Origin: the human T2T-CHM13v2.0 reference genome, Homo sapiens
Length of the DNA stretch: 64,000 bases
Strand: one strand, 5' to 3'
Assembly (NCBI RefSeq): GCF_009914755.1
Contig: NC_060930.1
Made by a program: the position numbers and the translations under genes. Every line of letters begins with the position of its first letter. Position 1 is the first letter of the stretch. Under the pieces are notes generated by a model. That model worked only from the letters and a program-made list of their open reading frames with translations, was not told the origin of the DNA and did no database searches. Of this stretch, positions 44,791 through 60,760 are shown one piece after another.

Positions 44791-47493
44791 AACAGGATGG
44801 ATGGAGAGGACAATCTGATTAATGAGATGACGGTCTTGGACTAGCCTGTACGACTTACCTGGTTTTTGAACAGGTAGGATGGGAGAGTTGTAAGGGAAGT
44901 TGGTAGGAACTAAGAGGCCACGCTGTACTAGATGTGTAATAACAGGCTTTAGGCCCCTTAAAGCCTGTTGTGGGATGGGGTACCGGTGTTGAGCAGGATA
45001 GGGGTGGTTATTTGTTAATGGGATGATAAGGGGTGAATGGTCAGTTGCAAGGGAAGGAGCGGAGGTATCCCATACTTCAGGGTTGAAGTGGGGAGATGAA
45101 AGGGGAGGTTGGAGGGAGGGTTGGAATTGAATAAAAGGGTAGCTGTGAGATGTGGCTGTAGTCCAGGAATAGTCAGGGAGGCAGAAAATTTAGTTAAAAT
45201 ATCTCCGCATAATAAGGGGACTGGGCAGGTGGGGATAACTAGGAAAGAGTGCAAAAAGGAGTGTTGCCTGATGTGACACTAGAGTTGGGGAATTTTAAGG
45301 CGTTTAGAAGCTTGGCTGTCAGTACCCACAACAGTTGTGCGGGCAAGGGAAACAGGCCCTTGAAAAGAAGGTAACGTAGAGTGGGTATTCCCCGTATTGA
45401 TTAAGAATGGGACGGACTTACCCTCCACCCTAAGAGTTACCCGAAGCTCGGCATCCGCGATTGTCTAAGGGGCCTCCGAGACGTTCGGGCAGCGTCAGTC
45501 TTCAGCCGCCAAGCCGAGGAGATCTGGGAAGGAGTCGGTGGGGAGCTTTGGGTTTGAGCTCCAGGAGCTCCGGAAGTGGCGATGAGAGTCGGGCAGTCAG
45601 ACTTCCAGTGAGGGCCCGCACAGGCGGGGCATGGCTTAGGAGGAATCCCAGGCTGCAGGCATTCCTTGGCCCAGTGGCCAGGTTTTCATCGCTTGAAGCA
45701 AAGTCCCAGAGGGGCTGTTGGATGTTGCGTTTAGATGCCTTGAAGTTCTTGCAGGTAGGCAGTGCAGCTGGGGTTTGTCTTATGGCGGAGGCAAGCATCT
45801 GTAGTTCTGAAATGCGCTGTCGCCGGGCAGTCTCTTCCCTATTATTGAACACCTTGAAGGCGAGGTTGATTAATTCCTGTTGTGGGATCTGAGAGCCAGA
45901 CTCTAATTTTTGAAGTTTCTTTCTACTGTCAGAAACTGACTGGGTAATAAAATGCATGTTAAGAATAAGGCGGCCTTCTATCCCTTCAGGGTCTAGTGCT
46001 GTATATCGCCTGAGGGTGGCAGGTAGACAGGCCATAAACTGAGCTGGATTTTTATCTTTGTTCTGAGTGGTTTTTTTTGTTTTTGTTTTTGTTTTTTAGT
46101 TTGTCATAATTGACGGCTTTATATGCAGCCTTCTGAAGCCCTTTAACTAGGCAAGAGATCATGTAGTCCCGCCTGGCTATGCCTGGGTCCCAGGGCCTGG
46201 TAAGTCCATCCGGGGTCTTCACAGGGTACTGCCCTAGCACCTTACTGGAGGCCAGGCTTACGGCACCGGCGGTTATCAGCCTAAGATTGAGCTAGGATCC
46301 AAACCCACTCTCACTCCTCAGGAGCGAGGGTAGAGGTAAGGATGACATTTAAGTCATTCCAAGTAAGATTATAGGACTGGGTTAAGTATTGGAATTCTCG
46401 TATATATTTGGTGGGGTCAGATGGGAAAGAGCCTAGATGTTCACTAATTTGGGAAAGGTCGAACAGGGAGAAAGGGACCTGAACCCGAACTATTCCTTTG
46501 GTTCCTGCCACCTCTCCGAGGGGAAATTGCTAGGCAGGGGCCTGGGGGTTGGTCGCAGGCCCAAACTGTAAGCCATAGAGGATGTGAGGAAGGGTGGTAA
46601 TGGGAGGGGCATAAGAGGGTGGATTGTGGGTAGAAATAGGTTCTGGGGGAGAATTAGAAGCAGGTTCGGATAGGTGGTGGGGGAGAAAGATCGGAGGGGT
46701 CAACAGACAAAGAGGAGTCAGCATCGCCAGTGGAAGAAGGAGGGGTAGACAGAAGGGAAATAAGGAAAATTGGGGATGGATTACATTGGAAGCATAGGCT
46801 AGGGAGAGATCGTATGTAAAAAATGCCTGGAAGTAGGGTACCTCAGACCCATTTGCCCATTTTTCCATAGAAGTTGTCTAAGTCCCACAAAATAGAGAAA
46901 TTGGAAGTGCTGTTTTCTGGCCACTGAGCGCCATTTTCTAATTTATACTGGGGCCAGGACGTGTTACAGAAAAAAATTAGACGTTTAGCCTTTAGATTGG
47001 GTGCAAGGTGAAGAGGTTTGAGGTTTCTGAGGACACAAGCCAGACAGAAGAAAGAGGGATGGAAGGCGGGAAATTGCCCATGATAGAACAAGGAAAGACT
47101 GGGGGGAAAGAAAGAGACAAGGAAAAGAGCAACCACTAGGATCCTCAGTGGGCGTCCCCATTGGAGGTCCTGGGTTGTGTGGCTGGCAAATGGCCAAGGC
47201 GGGCGTCCCGGGCATTGACCGAACACTGAAGGAAGGCTGTCTCCCCAAGAAGAGTCCGTGACCGGTGTTGGATTTCTGAAACACGGATAAGAGGAAGGTT
47301 CTTTGTCTCAATTTTGAAAAGAGAAAAAGAGAGGGAGAGATGAGGAGAGACCGAGGCAGCTTACCATATCCATAGACAGAGGCCGGAGTGCTCGCGGAGC
47401 TGGTCTGAGGTCCTGAGGGCGAGGGAAGTCTCTTGCATGGGAGAACGTGGGTACCGGGAGGATAGAGGAGAGGTCTGCCGGAGGAGTTCCCCT

Positions 47494-47513
47494 ATCCCGG
47501 GCTTTCGGCACCA
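47494..47513 (-). promoter_or_regulatory. Primer-binding site, tRNA-Phe-like
   Basis: Minus strand TGGTGCCGAAAGCCCGGGAT versus the Phe PBS TGGTGCCGAAACCCGGGAT (one extra G). Confidence 0.85.
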
Positions 47514-49329
47514 AATGTTATGCGAGCATCTAATTGAAGAGACAACTTGAACAGGCTAAGTGTGAGCAACAAAGGCTGTTTATTCACCCGGGTGCGAGTG
47601 GGCTGAGTGCGAAGGAAGTCAGTGGAGGGTGGTGGGTTGGAGCTAGTTTTATCAGTTAGAGGTAAGCACCGGAAAGTTACAGTTAGGAGCCGTTTATTGC
47701 GGGCAGGGGAAGAATGTCATAAGGTACATTATCACAAGGTTACAGAGCACAGTGTCACGAGGTTGATTGATCAGTTAGGGTAAGCCTGTTACAATGACAG
47801 AATGTTGCAAGGTTGGCTAATCAGCTAAGACAGGAACTAGCCGTTTTTCTTCTTTTGTGGTTTTCCTGTTGTCCTAGACTTTCTGGCTCCAGGAGACCTT
47901 CTGTGGGTCACAGGGGTCACGATGGCTTGACCATGGTGCAGCCTGCTCAGAGGACCTTAGAATGTCTTTCGTTTATAGTGCCCTCAGCCACAAAACTACC
48001 CATGGGTGAAGAAACTATACCACTTCATTTCTTCCACAATTGGAAGTTTTCCCTCATCTGTTGTCTGATATTATTTTCTAAAAGCTCAGTTTATAGATCT
48101 CTGTATTTCATTTACTTTTCATCCCACACATTGGCAGAATAATATTCAATCCAAGATTCCAAGAAAAGTGCATAAAAATTTCTGAAGTTTTTTCAAAACC
48201 TCCTTCTATTCCAGTTCTAGACTACATCTGTTCCCAATGTTTCTATCTCCCTGAAATCTGATCTCTGTCTCCTTGACTCCACGAAACTGTCGTCTTCTGC
48301 TTGGGCATCCTCTTTTTGCACTTTAGTCTGGAAACTGACTATATAGAAGACTAGAAGACTATGGCCTTCAGTTAATATATTTCCTATCTCTCAGGAATCA
48401 ACATTCACTACTGTCTGTTTTCCAACTAGTAAAAAACATTGTTTCTTCTTTCGCCCAATTTTCTAATTTTGTAGGAATAATATATATATTTACATTTTCT
48501 ATATTTGGATCTTAGTCAAAATAATCCCCCACCACACACAGCCACACACACATATGCTGTTCATTTAGTTTCTCTGGAGAAACTTGACTAATACAGCTGG
48601 AGATTCCTTTCTTTCTTTGATCTTCTTTGGAAATGGAAGTGTCTGTAATTCTTACGCTATGCCAGACCCACTATATTACATGTTGGGGACAGATAACTTG
48701 ATTTTTAGTTTAATTATCTCATAGATAGAGAGGAATTTGTCCAGGGATGGGTCATATTAATTACTTTATTTTTAATTTTGCCTTTATCTTTTTTAGGGTA
48801 TTTACCACTAGCATATGCAGTATAATGCTGTGTTTTAAAGTAATTTTTACAAATTATTTTCTTTATGATTATAAATCAAGCATAATGTATGTACAAACAC
48901 AACACACATACACACATATACATACACACAAACACATATACATACACACACATGTGCTTGTAATTAAACTCAATGAAGGGTGAACCACAGAAACATGAAA
49001 CAACAAAATTTTTCATCAAACTTAGGAAGAAAGGAAAAAGGCTGGCTAGGGCAAAAGTGAAAAAACACCTCCAAATAGATCTTGTTTTGCAGATGTAACT
49101 TTAAACCTGCATAAATAATTTACATAATTTTAAACCTGAAGAAACTTTTTGAAAATTACTGTATTTCAGAGAAAAAATGAAACTGGAAGCTAACTGTTTA
49201 TTTTTATGTTTTACTCCTCTTTTCTTGAATAAATGGAAACCTAATTTGAACACTTTTCTACCTAATTTCCCTGAATATAATCTGAAATTGTTCCACAGAA
49301 CTATTTAAAGATATTCCTCCTTCTTTTCT

Positions 49330-50593
49330 TGAGCTGCATAATATGACATTGTATAGATGTTCTGTGGTATATTTAATTAATTCCCTATTTGTGTTTACTT
49401 TCTATTTATTTGCACTTATAAATTATACATTTGTCTTTTGGGATTGTTTTTAGTATATCTTTGGAATAGATTCTTAGCAGTGTGATTGCCGAATTAAAAA
49501 AAAAACATGTATATGTAGTTTTACTAGGTATTGTCAAACTTTCCCCCTGATTAAACTATTTTACACTCCAGCAATTTGTAAAACAACTTGTTTTCTCACA
49601 GTCTCAATAGGTAAATATGGAGTCAAACTTTTGGATTTGCCTATCTGTAAAATGGAAAATGCTTCCCTCAGTATAGGTTTAATTTGCATTACTGTAAGTG
49701 AAGCTGAATTTCCTTTTTTATGGTAAAGAAAATTTGCATTTTTTCCCCTATAGACCCTCTTCACATTATCTACCTGTTTTCCTATCATGTTTTAGGCTTT
49801 TCATTTTCCATTTTTAGAAGTTCTTTATATATTAACAACATTTACAGTTAATCTTCACTGAGAATTGGAAATAAAATTTGCTTACGGTGTCCTCAGATCT
49901 CCATAAGTTTTTTAGGTTAAAGTCAAATTTATCCATCTTTCTGTTGTTGAGTCTAGATTTTAAATTATTAGAAAAAATTTACCTCATTCCCAAGTTTTAA
50001 TTTTATCCGTGTTTTATTTCTTGAATATTTTAGATTTTTAGATGTAAATCTTTGATCAATTTGAATAATTTTTGTGTAGATTCTGAGAAAAGGGTCCAAT
50101 TACATATTTTTTCTGTTAAAATTACTTGTATTGAATTTTCTTTAATAAGAAATTTAGTAAGTTAATTTATCCTACAAATTAAAGAGGCTAATTACATTGC
50201 ATATTATATTTCCACATATGACTTGGTTTGTATGTTATTTTATTTGTACTGTTGGTCCTGTTGTTTATTTATGCAGCAATATCACATTTACTTTAATTAT
50301 TGAGGTTTTATAATTTGTTTGAATATCTGATAACAATTGCCCCATTCATTGCTGTTCCATTTTATGCCTTTTGTGGTCATTCTGGCTTGCTTAATCTTCA
50401 AACTGATTGTTATAATGAACTTGTCTGACTCAGGCAAAACAATCAGACAAATAAATAAAAGCAAAAACTTAATGGTATTGTCATTTTTGCATTAAATTAA
50501 CTTGGGAAGGAATGACATCATTATGGTATTGAATTTTCTTATTCAAAGATGATATATGCATTCTCATTTGTTTAAGCTACTTTTGTGTCTTTT
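49330..50593 (-). mobile_element. Very old L1M(E)-like fragments
   Basis: T-rich DNA with antisense L1 motifs (TTTAATTTGCATT, TTGGGAAGGAATGACATC, TTCTCATTTGTTTAAG). Confidence 0.55.
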
Positions 50594-50600
50594 GGAAGTC

Positions 50601-53066
<2,466 letters not shown>

Positions 53067-54019
53067 TAGTAAGATTTTGGATGTTTTCCATTAAGTTTAT
53101 GGTTAGGCCATCAAATTTGTTTTACTATACTTTCCAGATATTGTTGCTGTCAGTGATTTGGCCTTACCTGCATGCATTTTGGGACTCGTGGAGTTACTTT
53201 GTCAGTTGGTTTTATGGTGTATGTTGGCTGTGATAATTTTTGTTGTTTTGTTCATTTCTTTGCTATATTTCGTGGGATGATTTAGGGATATTAAAAAACT
53301 GCTGCCACTGTAACTTTGCCTGGCATGCTCAAAAATTTTTGAGTCTACATATTTTCTAATATAAAATTTCTGTTACCAAATATGCAAAATATATTTCAAA
53401 GATTAGGTGATAATTATCCCAAAGACACACATTCAATCACAGAAACAGTATAATGTATAAAATCCTGCTATTTAGTGCTTACTAATGAAGATAGACAAAG
53501 CAAATGGAATCTGCAAGAACCAGGATAACTGATTTGGAACCAAACATTTCAGTTTGCTTTGTACAGCTGTCCCTCTCAATACGTGATCTTTGGCCTTATT
53601 TTTATTCTCTACCCCAAAGAAAGCAGATATTTTAGTTCACAGCAAAAATTTCCATTTAATTCATAATTGTCATATGCAGAAGAGATTTTGTGAATTATTT
53701 TACAACATTGACCTCAATGAAATTTAATCACGTTATGTAAATTCAACTGGGGCAAGGAATTATTGAACAAACATACAGATTGTTAACATACAACTATCTA
53801 CAAGGAGACGGTAGGGAAAATTACTGGTGGAGCAGGACGTGTGGAGGCCATTCATCTACTTAACAACATGATCTTTCTAGTTATGGTGGCTCTGAACAAT
53901 TCTCTGGAAAAAAATCTAATGCTAATTGGAAATTGGAAATGCTACAATTTCCATAGAGTGGATATAAGAAGAATAACTTCCCACTCACAGAGTCTGGAGT
54001 TGTCTCATGCAGTAATGAA

Positions 54020-54463
54020 ATCCTTTTGCTCGTAAGATGGTCATTAAAACAGTGGCTTACACAGGTTATTATACTTTCTCTCTCATAAAGAAATCCAGAG
54101 GAAGTCAATCCATGGTGGTTCTTTTCTACTCAGCCATTCTTAGTATATGATTTTCCTATCTGAGGTCACGTCACTGTCACAGGACGCTTATGGAGGAACC
54201 AAACATTATTTCTGGTGCCAAGGAAGTGGGAATAAGACAAATATTCAGGGAAATAAGCAACTTTCTAGCTAAATTAGGGCCCTTTTAAAAAATTGTTCTC
54301 TGAAGTATTACTTTCCATTTACATTTCATTCACTCCTAGTGGCAAGGAAAGCTGCAAAAGTTTGTTGTTGTTGTTTTTCCATCCTGAAATAAAGTTGTTA
54401 TGCTGTTACTAAGGAAGATAAACAGAATGGATATTGAGTATGCAGCCATTCTTCTCTGCCACA
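54020..54463 (-). mobile_element. Old MLT1 (J/K-like) LTR fragment
   Basis: AACAGTGGCTTA...GAAATCCAGAGG...GCAAGGAAAGCTG...GAATGGATATTGAG...CTGCCACA. Confidence 0.5.
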
Positions 54464-55651
54464 GGATTAGACTACATTTACCATCTGTCTGGTTGCCTCC
54501 TTTTTAGTCTGAATAAGAAAAAAACAATTGTAATACTTGGAAGTTAAATTTTGAAGATAGCATTTTAGTAGCTTTTTTTTGCACTTTTCTCCCCTAACTA
54601 CAGGTATTATTATTTAGCTGTCTTTAAAAATCCAGACAAAACAAACATAACAGAAGCTTTTGTTGCTTGAATGATTGGGCACTCATCCTGAAAAACAACA
54701 ACAAAAAATAACTATGCCATTCAATCCTTATGTATATAAATCCTTTGTTTGTGTTCCAACATGTTTAAGCATTCTACTGCTTTTTGTTTAAAAAAATCAG
54801 TACAGCAACCATGAAAAGTTTAACACCCAGGCAGATCAAGATGAATGCGGCCATTCTTGTTAAGTAGGACATTGTTTGCTCTTTAGAAAGAAGATGTATT
54901 ACCAGGAAAAAATGATATATATATATATTTCTGCAACATCTTGTAACCACACTCCATTAGAAATGATTACCACCACAATGCTGTATGGGCTGAACAGGTT
55001 CATATTTCTCTAAGATACAAGGGCAAGAAAAAGACCAGCTGCCAGGACAGTATGACCCAGTCTACTGCTCTGCCTGACCTGTGTCAGGAGTAATCTCAGT
55101 CAAAGCTGTAACCATCACCATGTATAGCCAGGGCACTTCTAACACTGGCGACTTGTTGTTGCAACACTGGGTCTAAAAATAACAACAATCCATCAGTGTC
55201 AGTGCATGAAAAACTGAATTTCATCATAATTTAAGAGAATTGTGGACTACAGTAATACATAAAGTCAGTTTTGTTATTGTAGTTTGTTCTTTCTATTGCA
55301 GCAAGTTGGCTGCCTTCTGACTAACATTTTACTCATTTCTCTAATCAGCGGGAAAAAAATAAAATAATATTTTTCAAAAATTTACAAATGTCTGAATATA
55401 CATGAGAGTATTTTAATAATCTGTCATTTTGAAATAATTTACCACTGACAATTGCTCTCTTGGTATTTTGAATTCAACTAATAATGAGTGTATTCATAAA
55501 TATATGTTATTATCTTATATTATTATTATTATTATATATTATTCTTCCATACAAGAAGAGGTTCAATAAATACCTAATTCTAATGTTAGCCTAAAACCAT
55601 ATTGAAGCCACTGAATTATTTAGGGATGAATATTATGTGCTAATGAACCTC

Positions 55652-55790
55652 ATTTTTTAAAACTTTTATTTTAGGTTCAAGGGTACACGTGCATGTTTGT
55701 TATATAGGTAAATTGTGTGTTATGGGGGTTTGGTTTACAGATGATTTTGCCACCCAGGTAATAAGCATCATACCTGGTAGGTAGTTTTTG
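55652..55790 (-). mobile_element. Short L1PA15/16-like 3' end
   Basis: ACTTTTATTTTAGGTTCAAGGGTACACGTGCA...CACCCAGGTAATAAGCAT; approximate TSD TGAACC(T)CA. Confidence 0.75.
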
Positions 55791-56427
55791 AACCCAATTT
55801 TAATCTTATAATAGCATAGAAGATTTCACAAATGAATCCTCAGCATGATCCAGCTAACAGCTGGATTCATAACAGTTATGGGGGAAAATTTGGAATTTCA
55901 AAGGTGGACATAGAAATTGATTTAGAGTAACTCATGAATTCACTAAACTGAGTTTTTATTAACAGGCTATTTAGCGTAAATCTTTACTAACAATCAGGAA
56001 CGAATCATCCTTAATAGTAGAGATAACTGATCCGAATTATTGAGACACAATTATTTTTAAGTAATTTTAAAATATTAAGTGATTTTTTTCAACTTACATT
56101 GTTGTTTTGTTTTTTTTTCAACTACTTTGTTTGTTTATAGAATTGTGAGTTAGAAGATTTCATTCTGGCTTTCCATATTAGGAACAGTTGAATTTAACCA
56201 TCTGGAGCTAATTAAAACATCCCCTAATATTACAAATTTCTCGTCTAAAATCTGATGAAATTTGTACAATTATTCTGCCTCCCTCAGAGATTAGTTGCAT
56301 CGAACACATATTAGTGAACTATTTAGACATATGGGGGACAATAAATTCAGTATTGTGTATGGTTAGAAATCAGAGAAATCCAGGATCAAATGTAAGCTCT
56401 GAGACTTGATAACTGAGCTCAGTGAAC

Positions 56428-56850
56428 TTTTTATTCATTCAACAAATATTCATTAAGCAATAACAGAATTTCAGGCACTAGTCTAAGAGCTGAGAGTGCT
56501 GCCATAAATACAACACATTAAGTTCTTTATTCTCAACGACATGATAGAGAAGTGAGAATCTAAAAGTAAACACAAATATGCATTTCAGATGGTAATACTA
56601 TTATTAAGAAGAATAAGCAGATTGAGAGGATTAGATAGCCAGTGTAGGTTGTAGAGACATTTTAGTAGCCGCAGAAAGGAAGTGACAGAGAACAGAAGGG
56701 AAGTATAGCAAGGAAGCATGTGAGGTTATGCAACAAGCAAGGGAGACAGCAGGTGAAGTTGTGGAGGAAACCAAGAATCAGATCATTTGGGCCTTTAGAC
56801 CATAATAAGCACTTTAGATTTTCGATTTAACTGCAACTTTTTAATCTGAC
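56428..56850 (-). mobile_element. L2 fragment (MIR-like pieces just upstream)
   Basis: TATTCATTCAACAAATATTCATTAAGCA...CAGGCACT is the typical antisense L2 3' end. Confidence 0.65.
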
Positions 56851-56857
56851 CGACAGT

Positions 56858-57192
56858 GTTTTTTGTTTTGTTTTGTTTTGTTTTGTTTTGGTTTTGTTGT
56901 TGTTGTTGTTTTGAAAGGGAGTCTCGCTCTGTCACCCAGGCTGGACTGCAATGGCATGGTCTCAGCTCACTGCAATCTCTGCCTCCTGATTCAAGTGATT
57001 CTCCTGCCTCAGCCTCCCTGAGTAGCTGGGACTACAGGCGCGTGCAACCACATCCAGCTAATTTCTGTATTTTTAGTAGAGACATGTTTTCAGTATGTTG
57101 GCCAGGGTGGTCTCAAACTCCTGACCTTGTGATCTGCCCTCCTTGGCCTCCCAAAGTGCTGGGATTACAGGTGTGAACCACTGTGCCCGGCC
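56858..57192 (-). mobile_element. AluS (Sg/Sc-like) with (TTTTG)n tail
   Basis: Full antisense Alu; TSD CTGAC(C/T)GACAGT. Confidence 0.92.
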
Positions 57193-57229
57193 CTGACTGA
57201 CAGTTTTTAAAAGATCACACTGGCTACTT

Positions 57230-57590
57230 ATCTAGGTCAGTCGATATTATAATTTTGACCTGGGTGGCTTTAAGAACAAACATTTATTTTTTAGACTTTG
57301 GTGGCTGGAATTCTGAGATCCTGGAACCAGCATGGTTATTTTGTTACAGAGGGCCCTCTTCTTGGTTTACAAACAGCACCTTTTCACTGTGTCCTCACAT
57401 GGTGGACAGAGAACTAGCTCACCTCTCTTACTCTTTTTAAAAGGGCATTAATTCGATCAGGAGAACCTCACCCTCCTGACTTAATCTAAAGCTTATTACC
57501 TCCTAAAGGCCTTATCTCCAAGTACCATAGCACTGGGGATTAGGGTTTCAACATAAGTTTTGGAGGGACATAAACATTCAGTCCATGGCA
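57230..57590 (-). mobile_element. MLT1A-like LTR
   Basis: CTGTGTCCTCACATGGTGGA...TTTTGGAGGGACATAAACATTCAGTCCATGGCA. Confidence 0.75.
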
Positions 57591-59025
57591 CTATCATAAA
57601 AAGAATAGACTATGTGAGCACAGGAGAAAGAGGCAAGGTCTTATGGCAAGGAAACTGATTAGCAACTATTATAATAGTCTAAACTCTAGTCAGTAATGAC
57701 TTAATGGTTATGGTAATGGTTAAATCATAGTATAGTATAGTATAGCCTAAAGGTAATGGTTAAATCATAGTATAGTGGTTGAAGTAGTAAAAAGTGGCCA
57801 ATTTTTAGACAACCTGGCAGTCTTTGCTAATGTATGTGGATTGTGAGAAAAACTTGACATAAAGAACAACTTGATTAGCTTCTTTAAACTTTCATCTCCT
57901 CAAATACACAATAGAGAACTTATTTACTATAATATGGAGTTGGGAAAACTAAATTTCAATGTAGGAAAGCATTTACAGTTATTGTATGTTATAAAATCAA
58001 CATATGTAATATAAAATAATTATTATATTATTGTATAATATATAATAAGTAGCAATGTTAATTTGAGACCAAGGACAAAAATTGTTTTAAAATCCTCCAG
58101 TAATAGGCGAACTAAAGTTGCAGAACTTGGCTTTTCTACATCCATATAGGGACTTTCTATCCCAGACACCTTTGTTCATGAGTCTGTACAGTTAATACTT
58201 TCATATCTGTCTTTTTAATCAGGTAGAAGCAATTTTAATTCATGCTAAGTTATATTACTTTAGAAGTCATCTATCTTCTGTTTCCTTTACAGTCAGTCAA
58301 CTGACCCTAAAACCGGAAGACAGCACTGCTTCTCATCCTTATTCAGTGGTGGCATACTCAGTAAATGATAGAGCTGTGTGGCACTTTGTGATGCATTGCA
58401 TTTGTATAATTATTATAAGAAAATTTTAAAAAGCAAATAGTAGAGACAGTGTAAAATTGAATTTGTATTAATATTTAAATAAAATATTTTCAATTTTCTA
58501 GAGAGATAGTTGACCTTCCTTCCATTCATATCTGTCATCTATCTATCTCTCTATCATCTATCTTTATGTAAGTATAATTTTTAATACTGTTTTATACTTG
58601 AAATATCTACATTCAATTCCTAATCATGTTATATTTTTCCAGGGGGAGATTATTTGTTCTTGAGGAAAACCATCGATGAGAACATTTTGAAAACAAGAAC
58701 ATAGTCTCTTTTGTCTGGAAATAGTCTAACTATTAATAATTTGTAGCCTCTTGTAGATAAGACTGCTCATCAAAATTATATATATGATTTTATGTGAATA
58801 TGTGGACCTACATTTTTAGAAGAGAATTTAATATTCTTTTAAAACATGAGAAAAATAAATAAAAATAATGGGTTTTATGTATGTAATTTCCATCTCTCAG
58901 AAATGGGCAATAGTTTCAAATGATTTTTATTTATTTATTTATTTTAAATTTATTCATTTTTCTGAACAACTGTGATCTTAAAACTATCTTTAGGTAATCA
59001 GTTTCTTCCTGGCTTAATCTTGTGA

Positions 59026-59440
<415 letters not shown>

Positions 59441-59452
59441 TTTTTATAGTAG

Positions 59453-59930
59453 TGTTGGGAACAGGCCCCCAAATCTGGCCATAAACAGGCCCCAAAACTG
59501 GCCATAAATGAAATCTCTGCAGCACTGTGACATGCTTATGATGGCTATGATGCCCACGCTGAAGGTTGTTGGTTTACCGGAATGAGGGCAAGGAACACCT
59601 GGCCCACTCAGGGTAGAAAACCGCTTAAGGCGTTCTGACCAGAAACAATAGCATGAGCAATCTGTGCCTTAAGGACATGTTCGTGCTGCAGATAACTAGC
59701 CAGAGCCCATCCCTTTGTTTCCCGTTTTATTTAATCTATAATCTGCAGAAACAATGCTTATCACTGACTTGCTGTCAATAAATATGTGGGTAAAACTTGG
59801 TTCATGGCTTTCAGCTCGGAAGGCTGTCAGCCCTCTGATTCCCATTCTGCACTCTGTATTTCTGTGTGTTTGTCTTTAATTCCTCTGGTGCCACTGGGTT
59901 AGGGTCTGCATGACCGAGCTGGTCTCAGCA
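59453..59930 (+). mobile_element. MER9a solo LTR (HERV-K9/HML3)
   Basis: TGTTGGGAACAGGCCCCCAAATCTGGCCATAAAC...GAGCTGGTCTCAGCA; AATAAA at ~59777. Confidence 0.9.
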
Positions 59931-60407
59931 GGTACTTTCTAATGGTTGTTTTTATTTTTGTCGAGTCAACATTACCTTTGTCATTTCTAATTGTGTCTCT
60001 TTTTTGTTTGGATCTTCTCTTTTCTTCTTTATTAGTCTAGCTAGGGGCCTATTTTATTATTAAAAAAACAACTATTGGATTCATCGCTCTTTTAAATGGT
60101 TTTTTGTGTCTCAATTTCCTTCTGTTCAGCTCTGGTTTGTTACTTTTTGTCTTCTGCTAGCTTTGGGCATGATTTGTTCTTGCTTCTCTAATTCTTTCCA
60201 TTTTGAAGTTAGGTTATTAATTTGAGATCTTTCTAACTTTTTTATGTGAGCGTTTATTAGTATGAGTTTTCCCTTTAACACTGCCTTAGCTGTGTCCTAG
60301 AGATTCTGGTATGTCATATCTTTGTTCTTATTAGTTTCGAATAGCTTACTGATTTCTGCCTTAATTTCATTATTTACCCAAAAGTCATTTATGACCATGT
60401 TGTTTAA

Positions 60408-60760
<353 letters not shown>

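Larger units (their letters stand above)
39442..47961 (-). mobile_element. Near full-length (8.5 kb) HERV-H/F-clade provirus with Phe-type PBS (HERVFH21/HERVH48-like), LTRs 39442-39890 and 47516-47961
   Basis: Paired LTRs, TSD CTGTC/ATGTC, PPT, gag (45502-46035, 46311-46511), RT with LPQGF and YVDD (44212-44790), RNase H (WFIDGGS), integrase (LQIDFTHM, SDN), env SU and TM. Confidence 0.92.

Noticed and set aside
53300-55640. Longest largely repeat-poor stretch, as a possible exon or enhancer
   Set aside because: No credible ORF, CpG island or recognisable motif; it cannot be supported without conservation data.
57711-57777. Duplicated GGTAATGGTTAAATCATAGTATAGT
   Set aside because: Two-copy local duplication with (TATAG)n slippage.
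59455-59510. Repeated GGCCCC..AA.CTGGCCATAAA units resembling a short array
   Set aside because: This is the native internal repeat of the MER9 LTR; there are no spacers and it is not CRISPR.
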